Below, one piece after another: positions 57,880 through 64,000 of a stretch of 64,000 nucleotides of DNA. How positions within the stretch are numbered: position 1 is the first letter of the stretch; every line of letters begins with the position of its first letter. The position numbers and the translations under genes were made by a program. The notes beneath the pieces were generated by a model, which saw only the letters and a list, made by a program, of their open reading frames with translations, had not been told where the DNA came from and did not search any database. The DNA is from a bacterium (GTDB lineage: Bacteria > Fidelibacterota > Marinisomatia > Marinisomatales > UBA1611): positions 2,618-66,617 of the forward strand of contig JAYPIC010000001.1 in the NCBI GenBank assembly GCA_038127595.1. Reading direction: 5' to 3'.

Positions 57880-57893
57880 CAAATGTTATTTAA

Positions 57894-58838
57894 ATGAAAA
57901 GAGAACGTAAAATATTTAGTGGTAGAAGTAATCCTGAGTTAGCAAAAAAAATTGCTATTTCAGCTGATTGTCAATTAGGAGATATTTCAATTAAGACATT
58001 TTCAGATGGTGAAATATGGGTAAAATATGAAGAAAATGTTAGAGGGCAGGATGTATTTATTATTCAATCTACAAACGGTCCTTCTGAAAATATAATTGAA
58101 TTAGCTCTGATGACAGATGCTGCTGTTAGAGCATCTGCTAGTACAGTTAACATAATTATGCCTTACTTTGGTTATGGGAGGCAAGACAGAAAAGATCAAC
58201 CAAGGGTGCCGATTTCATCAAGGGTAATGATTGATATTTTCACTAGCATGGGGGCAGATAGAATAGTAACAATGGATTTACATTCCACTCAAATTCAAGG
58301 TTTCGCGAAAATACCCTTTGATCATTTATATAGTAGAATGGTATTAATGAAGGCAATATCAGATTTAGGTCTTGATCCAAAAAGATCAGTTGTTTTAGCC
58401 CCTGATGTAGGTTCTGCTGCTATAAGCCAAGCTTATGCAAAAAGATTAAAAATGCATTTTGCATTGATTGACAAGAGGAGGTTTGCTCCTAATCAAGCTA
58501 AAGTAAGTCACTTAATAGGTGATTTAGACAGTAAGGACGTTCTCATCATTGATGATATGATTGATACCGCGGGGACAACTGTAGGTGCAGCAAATGCAGC
58601 TATGGAAAAAGGAGCTAAATCTGTAACTGCTATAGCGACTCATGGAGTTTTGTCAGGGCCTGCAATTGAAAGATTAAAAAGCGCTCCAATAAAAAATTTA
58701 GTTGTTACCGACACAATACAAATACCAAAAGAAAAAATATTAAGTAATATGAAAATTATCACAGTCGCTGATGTGTTTGGGGCAGCGATCAATCGTATTC
58801 ATAATGGTGAATCCGTTAGCGCATTATTTGAATTTTAA
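57894..58838 (+). CDS. prs: Ribose-phosphate pyrophosphokinase
   Basis: FSDGE, PYFGYGRQDRK, DLHS-x-QIQGF, DKRR, IDDMIDTAGT. Confidence 0.97.
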   Translation: MKRERKIFSGRSNPELAKKIAISADCQLGDISIKTFSDGEIWVKYEENVRGQDVFIIQSTNGPSENIIELALMTDAAVRASASTVNIIMPYFGYGRQDRKDQPRVPISSRVMIDIFTSMGADRIVTMDLHSTQIQGFAKIPFDHLYSRMVLMKAISDLGLDPKRSVVLAPDVGSAAISQAYAKRLKMHFALIDKRRFAPNQAKVSHLIGDLDSKDVLIIDDMIDTAGTTVGAANAAMEKGAKSVTAIATHGVLSGPAIERLKSAPIKNLVVTDTIQIPKEKILSNMKIITVADVFGAAINRIHNGESVSALFEF

Positions 58839-58853
58839 AAAGGAGAAATAAGG

Positions 58854-59522
58854 ATGGCTACATCTTATTATAAATTAGATATTGAAATCAGAGAATCTGT
58901 TGGTAAAAAATCAACAAAAGCAATCAGAAGAGATGGCAAGATCCCAAGTACATTATATTTTAAAGGAGATGAACCTGAGAGTATTGCCATAGATAAAATA
59001 AAACTTTATCAGGCGTTAAAATCTGACCAGCGTGTTTATGAGGTTGAATTAGGCGGTGAATCTCAGTATGTAATGGTAAAAGCTGTACAATATCATCCTG
59101 TAACAGATGAAATTATTCATTTAGATTTTATGCGAGTACGTAGGTCCGAAAAGATGACGATTTCCGTTCCTCTAGTTCTAGTTGGTAAGCCAATAGGTGT
59201 AGTTGAAGGTGGAATTTTATCTCAAGCACTTAATCAAATTGAAATAAGTTGTTTCCCAACAAACGTACCAGATCAAATTGAGGTTAACGTTGATAAAATG
59301 GAGCTTAATTCATCCATTAGTGTAGCAGATGTATCCACTGATGATGAAGAGGTGGAAATACTTAGTTCATCAGAAATAAATGTTGCAACAATTACAGCTC
59401 CTAGTTCTGAAAAAGAAGAAACAGTTTCTGACGATGATATTGTTACTGATGAGGATAAAGATGAATCATCTGATGATCAAAAATCTGATGATAGTGATAA
59501 TCAAGAGGAATCAAAAGAATAG
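58854..59522 (+). CDS. rplY: 50S ribosomal protein L25/Ctc (long form)
   Basis: R-x-x-x-GK, RRDGKIP, QYHPV...HLDF, GV-x-x-GG; acidic tail. Confidence 0.94.
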   Translation: MATSYYKLDIEIRESVGKKSTKAIRRDGKIPSTLYFKGDEPESIAIDKIKLYQALKSDQRVYEVELGGESQYVMVKAVQYHPVTDEIIHLDFMRVRRSEKMTISVPLVLVGKPIGVVEGGILSQALNQIEISCFPTNVPDQIEVNVDKMELNSSISVADVSTDDEEVEILSSSEINVATITAPSSEKEETVSDDDIVTDEDKDESSDDQKSDDSDNQEESKE

Positions 59523-59530
59523 ATCTAGTT

Positions 59531-60085
59531 TTGATTGTATTTATAGGTTTAGGAAATGTTGGTGAGCAGTATAAAGAAACAAAGCATAATGCAGGATTTT
59601 GGATAATGGACGAGATGGCAGCAAGACATAAAATTTCTTTTAGCCCAGGGAGCGGAGATTACGTTATTGCATCAAAGACAGATAAGTTCCACCTTGTTAA
59701 GCCGAGTACAGGTATGAATAGAAGTGGCAATGCAGTTTCACAACTAATTAAATCAAAAAATATCCTACCTGAACAGATTTGTGTCATTTTAGATGATGTA
59801 GATTTACCTCTTGGTAAAATACGTATAAAACCAAAAGGCGGTGATGGTTCTCATCGAGGCTTACAGAATATTATTTACCTATCAAACACAGACAACATTC
59901 CTAGGCTTAGATTTGGTATTGGCACTAGTGAAAAAATGCGTCCAGCAGAAAATTATGTATTGGAACCATTTAAAAAGGATGATGATAAAACTCTTGCTCG
60001 TGAAACTGTAAAAAATGCAGCAGATGCTTTAGATAGTGTGGTTTTTAATGGAATAGATAAAACAATGAATATTTATAACTCATAG
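59531..60085 (+). CDS. pth: Peptidyl-tRNA hydrolase
   Basis: GLGN, T-x-HNAGF, KP-x-T-x-MN-x-SG, DDVDL, H-x-GL, RLRFGIG. Confidence 0.95.
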   Translation: MIVFIGLGNVGEQYKETKHNAGFWIMDEMAARHKISFSPGSGDYVIASKTDKFHLVKPSTGMNRSGNAVSQLIKSKNILPEQICVILDDVDLPLGKIRIKPKGGDGSHRGLQNIIYLSNTDNIPRLRFGIGTSEKMRPAENYVLEPFKKDDDKTLARETVKNAADALDSVVFNGIDKTMNIYNS

Positions 60086-60105
60086 AAATGGAGATTTAAA
60101 AAATA

Positions 60106-62289
60106 ATGCAAAATGAAAATAACTTTGTTTTACTAGTGATTTTATCTGGTATTCTTGCAATGGCTTTTGCTTTTTGGAAGGCCTCATGGATAAACACACA
60201 AAACGAGGGTAATCAGCGTATGAAAACTATTGGTGCTAGCATTGCAGATGGAGCAATGGCCTTTCTTCGTGCTGAGTATCGAATACTAGGTGTTTTTGTT
60301 GTCGCTGTAGCTCTCGTCCTTGGTTATGCAAATTCTGGGAGAGCAGATTCAAGCGCATTTATAGCTCTTTCATTCATTATTGGCGCCGTAGCTTCTGGTT
60401 TTGCAGGATTCCTAGGTATGAAAGTAGCAACAAAGGCAAACAATCGTACAACTCATGCTGCAGAAACAAGCTTGGCTAAAGCTTTAAATGTAGCATTTAG
60501 CGGCGGAGTTGTGATGGGTTTAAGTGTTGTTGGTTTAGGGGTTCTAGGCTTGGGAATTCTTTTTTATGTTTATGGGGAAATGGGAATTTTTAACAATGAC
60601 ATTGAAATAATATTAAATGTTTTATCTGGATTTTCTTTAGGAGCTTCTTCTATTGCGCTTTTTGCAAGAGTTGGAGGAGGTATTTATACAAAAGCTGCTG
60701 ATGTTGGAGCAGATTTAGTGGGTAAGGTAGAGTCTGGTATTCCTGAAGATCATCCTCTTAACCCTGCTACTATAGCTGATAATGTTGGAGATAATGTTGG
60801 AGATGTGGCTGGCATGGGAGCAGATTTATTTGAATCTTATGTAGGATCAATAATTGGATCTATGGTCTTAGGTTCAACCCTTTATGCTTACGGTGCTGGG
60901 TTTGATTTCAATTTTGTCCTGCTTCCGCTTCTAATCGCAGCATCAGGTATAGTCGTATCAATAGGTGGTACCTTTTTAGTTTCAGTCAAGGAGGGCGGGG
61001 ATCCTCAGAAAGCATTAAATAAAGGAGAGTTTGGTAGCGGGCTAATAATGGTTGCGGTAATATATATTTTAATAACTTACTTTTTACCAGAAAAATTTGT
61101 TGCTCAGCAGGGTTTTGGGAAATCTTATGATAGTATAGGTGTATTTTATGCCACAGTCATAGGCCTCTTTGGCGGGCTTGGAATTGGGAAAATAACCGAA
61201 TATTACACTGGAACTGGTACAAAACCAGTTGAGTCTATTTCTAAGCAATCCATGACTGGACCAGCTACTAACATTATTGCAGGTCTGGGTGTTGGTATGG
61301 AATCTACTGCAGTTCCAATTATGATAATTTCAGGTAGCATTATGGGTGCATACTATTTTGCAGGTCTTTATGGAATAGCTATGGCAGCTCTTGGAATGCT
61401 TGCAAATACTGGGATTCAACTGGCTGTCGATGCATATGGACCAATTTCAGATAATGCAGGCGGGATTGCAGAGATGGCTGAATTACCCAAAGAGGTTAGA
61501 GAGAGAACAGATAAGCTTGATGCTGTAGGTAATACTACCGCTGCAATTGGTAAGGGTTTTGCTATAGGTTCTGCAGCTTTAACTGCTTTAGCGCTATTCG
61601 CTGCCTTTAAAGTTAAAAGTGGTATTGATATTATAAATATTTCTGATCCCATGGTAATGGCAGGTTTGTTCATTGGTGGTATGTTACCTTTTCTTTTCTC
61701 TTCAATGGCGATGGGAGCTGTAGGTAGAGCCGCAATGTCAATGATTGAAGAAGTGAGAAGACAGTTCAAGGAAATTCCTGAATTGAAAAAAGCACTTGAG
61801 ATAATGAATCTTAAAAACCGAGAAGATTGGAATGAAGATGATAAGAAAGCCTACAATGATGCTATGGGAAAGGCAGAGCATGGGAAATGCGTTGAAATTT
61901 CTACTGAGTCTGCCATTAGAGAAATGGTTTTACCAGGCCTTTTAGCAGTATCAATGCCTGTTATTGTAGGATTTTTACCAAAAATGTTTGGTAGCAATCA
62001 AGGACCTGAAATATTAGGAGGATTACTTGCAGGAGTAACAGTAAGTGGCGTATTGATGGCTATCTTTCAATCAAATTCAGGAGGTGCCTGGGACAATGCA
62101 AAGAAAATGATTGAGGAAGGCATTACAATAGATGGTCAAAAATTAGTTAAAGGCTCAGAGGCCCATAAAGCCTCTGTTGTCGGCGATACTGTAGGAGATC
62201 CATTTAAGGACACTTCTGGTCCATCATTAAATATTTTAATAAAACTTATGTCAGTGGTGTCTTTGGTAATTGCACCGTTGATTAAATAG
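60106..62289 (+). CDS. hppA: Membrane-bound pyrophosphatase, K+-dependent, probably Na+-translocating
   Basis: [63 protein letters not shown]. Confidence 0.96.
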   Translation: MQNENNFVLLVILSGILAMAFAFWKASWINTQNEGNQRMKTIGASIADGAMAFLRAEYRILGVFVVAVALVLGYANSGRADSSAFIALSFIIGAVASGFAGFLGMKVATKANNRTTHAAETSLAKALNVAFSGGVVMGLSVVGLGVLGLGILFYVYGEMGIFNNDIEIILNVLSGFSLGASSIALFARVGGGIYTKAADVGADLVGKVESGIPEDHPLNPATIADNVGDNVGDVAGMGADLFESYVGSIIGSMVLGSTLYAYGAGFDFNFVLLPLLIAASGIVVSIGGTFLVSVKEGGDPQKALNKGEFGSGLIMVAVIYILITYFLPEKFVAQQGFGKSYDSIGVFYATVIGLFGGLGIGKITEYYTGTGTKPVESISKQSMTGPATNIIAGLGVGMESTAVPIMIISGSIMGAYYFAGLYGIAMAALGMLANTGIQLAVDAYGPISDNAGGIAEMAELPKEVRERTDKLDAVGNTTAAIGKGFAIGSAALTALALFAAFKVKSGIDIINISDPMVMAGLFIGGMLPFLFSSMAMGAVGRAAMSMIEEVRRQFKEIPELKKALEIMNLKNREDWNEDDKKAYNDAMGKAEHGKCVEISTESAIREMVLPGLLAVSMPVIVGFLPKMFGSNQGPEILGGLLAGVTVSGVLMAIFQSNSGGAWDNAKKMIEEGITIDGQKLVKGSEAHKASVVGDTVGDPFKDTSGPSLNILIKLMSVVSLVIAPLIK

Positions 62290-62305
62290 AATCTAGGGAG
62301 ATTAT

Positions 62306-62728
62306 ATGCGTTATTATGAACTAATATACATTGTTAACTCAAATGTAGAACGAAAGAAAATTGACCAAATCATGAAAGATATTAGTAGTAGGTTAGAAAA
62401 TACTGATTCAAAAATAATAAATCATGTTGTTTGGGGTAAGAAAAAACTAGCATATCCCATAAAAGGGAACACCTACGGGAATTACATTCTGTTACATTAT
62501 GAAGGTGGAGACAATAACAAGCTAAATGAATTTGATTCATGGTTAAAGCTCAGTGGTTTGGTGATTAGACATATGATTGTTAGGTTAGAAGAAAAGCCCG
62601 ATGTCGTCAAAGGTTTTGATGATGAAAAACCTGAAAATAACTCTGAAAAAAAGTCAGAAGATCTAGTAGAAAAAGATAAAGAGCAATTAGAAAAAGAAAT
62701 TGTTGAAGAAGATAAGGAGGTAGAATAA
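62306..62728 (+). CDS. rpsF: 30S ribosomal protein S6
   Basis: MRYYE, WG-x-K-x-LAYPI, VIRH; acidic tail. Confidence 0.95.
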   Translation: MRYYELIYIVNSNVERKKIDQIMKDISSRLENTDSKIINHVVWGKKKLAYPIKGNTYGNYILLHYEGGDNNKLNEFDSWLKLSGLVIRHMIVRLEEKPDVVKGFDDEKPENNSEKKSEDLVEKDKEQLEKEIVEEDKEVE

Positions 62729-62955
62729 TGGCTTTCCAAACAAGAAGAAAATATTGCTATTTTAAAGAAAACAATATAGCAGCAGTAGATTATAAAGATG
62801 TAAAATTATTGAAGAGGTTTATCAATGATAATGGTAAAATTATGCCTAGAAGAGTTACTGGGACTAGTGCTAAAATGCATCGAAAAGTTGTTGGCGCTAT
62901 AAAACGAGCTAGAACTATAGGCTTAATGCCTTTTGTTGATAGTGGTTCTGAATAA
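62728..62955 (+). CDS. rpsR: 30S ribosomal protein S18
   Basis: [20 protein letters not shown]-x-x-GLMPF. Confidence 0.96.
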   Translation: MAFQTRRKYCYFKENNIAAVDYKDVKLLKRFINDNGKIMPRRVTGTSAKMHRKVVGAIKRARTIGLMPFVDSGSE

Positions 62956-62973
62956 TAGTATGGAGATTATATC

Positions 62974-63417
62974 ATGAAAGTTATTTTACTAAACGATGTT
63001 GAAAATTTAGGTCTCGCTGGAGACATTGTTATCGTAAAACCTGGTTATGCTAGAAATAGATTAATACCTCAAGGTTTGGCGTTAAGAGCATCAAATAAAA
63101 ATATTGCTGTTGCGAGTGAGAGAAAAAAGGTAGCGAATGTTAAGCTTGAACGTGAAAATATTGCTCTGCAAAAGTTAGCTAAAAAACTTAGCAATGTTGA
63201 AATAACTATTGAAGTTAATGTTGGAGAAGAAGAAAAAATGTTTGGTTCAATTACTAATTTAGATGTGCACAAAGAGCTAACATCTAAAGGGTTTGAACTT
63301 GATAAAAACCAGATAATTATTGACGAACCAATCAAAGCTTTAGGTATTTATCATGCAAAAGTTAAAATTGCAAAAGATATTACATCTGATGTGAAGTTAT
63401 ATGTCATAAAGGGTTAG
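62974..63417 (+). CDS. rplI: 50S ribosomal protein L9
   Basis: MKVILL, VKPGYARN, FGSIT, PIKALG. Confidence 0.96.
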   Translation: MKVILLNDVENLGLAGDIVIVKPGYARNRLIPQGLALRASNKNIAVASERKKVANVKLERENIALQKLAKKLSNVEITIEVNVGEEEKMFGSITNLDVHKELTSKGFELDKNQIIIDEPIKALGIYHAKVKIAKDITSDVKLYVIKG

Positions 63418-63434
63418 TTCCCTATTAATTTATA

Positions 63435-64000
63435 ATGTTCGCTGAGGTATCGCTTCCAATATCTTCATTCCAAAATTTTACATACTCAATTCCTGAGAAT
63501 TTAAAAAAGTCCTTATTAGTTGGATCAAAAGTCAAAGTTCCATTTGGGGCAAGAAAAGTTAACGGTATCATTGTCTCATTAATTGACGAAAGTTCATTTG
63601 CTGGTAACCTAAAATCAATCATTGATGTTGACGATAACACGCCCGTGTTATCTAACGAACTTTGGAAGCTAGTTAATTGGATAAGCCATTATTATGTTAC
63701 CCCGATTGGATTAGCATATAATACTGTATTGCCTTTTTCACTTTTAAGCAATCATAACCCTAGGAAAGCTTGGTTTGTAAGGTATGTAGCTAGACATAAG
63801 AATAATAAAAAAAATACTTATGAAAAGCTATCTTCTAAGCAAAATTCGATTTTTGAAGCCACTAGACAAGCTCCATTAGAATACATAAAAGTTTCTAGAT
63901 TTAAAGGAATAAGCTCAAACCCCATATCAATATGCAAAGCACTTGAAAAAAAGGGTTTAGTTGAGCTTGAAAAAAGAAATCAAGATAAAGCGATTGAAGA
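63435..64000 (+). CDS. priA: Primosomal protein N', 5' part (runs off the window)
   Basis: Hand translation from ATG at 63435: MFAEVSLP...FTYSIP...GSKVKVPFG-x-R-x-x-x-GII...LKSI...L-x-x-WISHYY-x-x-P-x-G, the PriA 3'-DNA-binding domain. Confidence 0.88.
   Translation, partial: MFAEVSLPISSFQNFTYSIPENLKKSLLVGSKVKVPFGARKVNGIIVSLIDESSFAGNLKSIIDVDDNTPVLSNELWKLVNWISHYYVTPIGLAYNTVLPFSLLSNHNPRKAWFVRYVARHKNNKKNTYEKLSSKQNSIFEATRQAPLEYIKVSRFKGISSNPISICKALEKKGLVELEKRNQDKAIE

Noticed and set aside
57809..57893. tRNA-Gln as an integration site
   Set aside because: No integrase, no duplicated tRNA 3' end seen, and the ispE-tRNA-prs synteny is intact.
59400..62955. Acidic tails of L25 and S6, and S18 lacking the full zinc-binding Cys set
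   Set aside because: Common variants of these ribosomal proteins; not unusual.
1950..63640. Numerous 60-125 aa ORFs in the track lying antisense to or nested within long genes (e.g. 3026-3361, 6940-7299, 14319-14693, 52289-52654, 61416-61769, 63425-63640)
   Set aside because: They are shadow ORFs of well-conserved genes with no recognisable motifs; 63425-63640 is antisense to priA.

Overview
Gene-dense, AT-rich bacterial chromosome segment with no recognisable mobile element, prophage, rRNA or CRISPR array. Bacteroidota-style sdhCAB, ExbB-ExbD-ExbD-TonB and long CtpA, together with many secreted repeat proteins, suggest a streamlined FCB-group marine lineage such as Marinimicrobia/SAR406; this is an inference only. 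In order, the window holds: PhoU plus a Na/Pi symporter behind a Pho-box-like triple repeat; kdsD; a mosaic purine operon (PurQ fused to PurS-like units, purC, class II purE, purB, purF, purD, purN, purH; no purK, purL or purM); ppk2-NUDIX; ppdK; four exported repeat proteins (SPOR, a 1027-aa MORN2, a 23/23/18-aa beta-repeat, YD-like); a PEGA protein; a GCS2 ligase; sdhCAB; a TonB motor and CtpA; two paralogous FG-GAP surface proteins; a lipid A operon (gnnA-like, LmtA-like methyltransferase, lpxB, DUF374, lpxK); ychF; fabA with a FabL-like reductase; transporters; and a long + strand housekeeping run from uvrA to priA including tRNA-Gln and hppA. Best candidates for new biology: (1) a C-terminal G[FW]P-hydrophobic-AWG tail shared by two unrelated exported proteins, possibly an undescribed sorting or anchoring signal; (2) the exported beta-repeat cluster, with a strand-specific G.U-rich hairpin; (3) a predicted Leptospira-like methylated diamino-sugar lipid A pathway; (4) the PurQ-PurS-PurS fusion with class II PurE. 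All calls come from reading motifs by eye; no searches were run.
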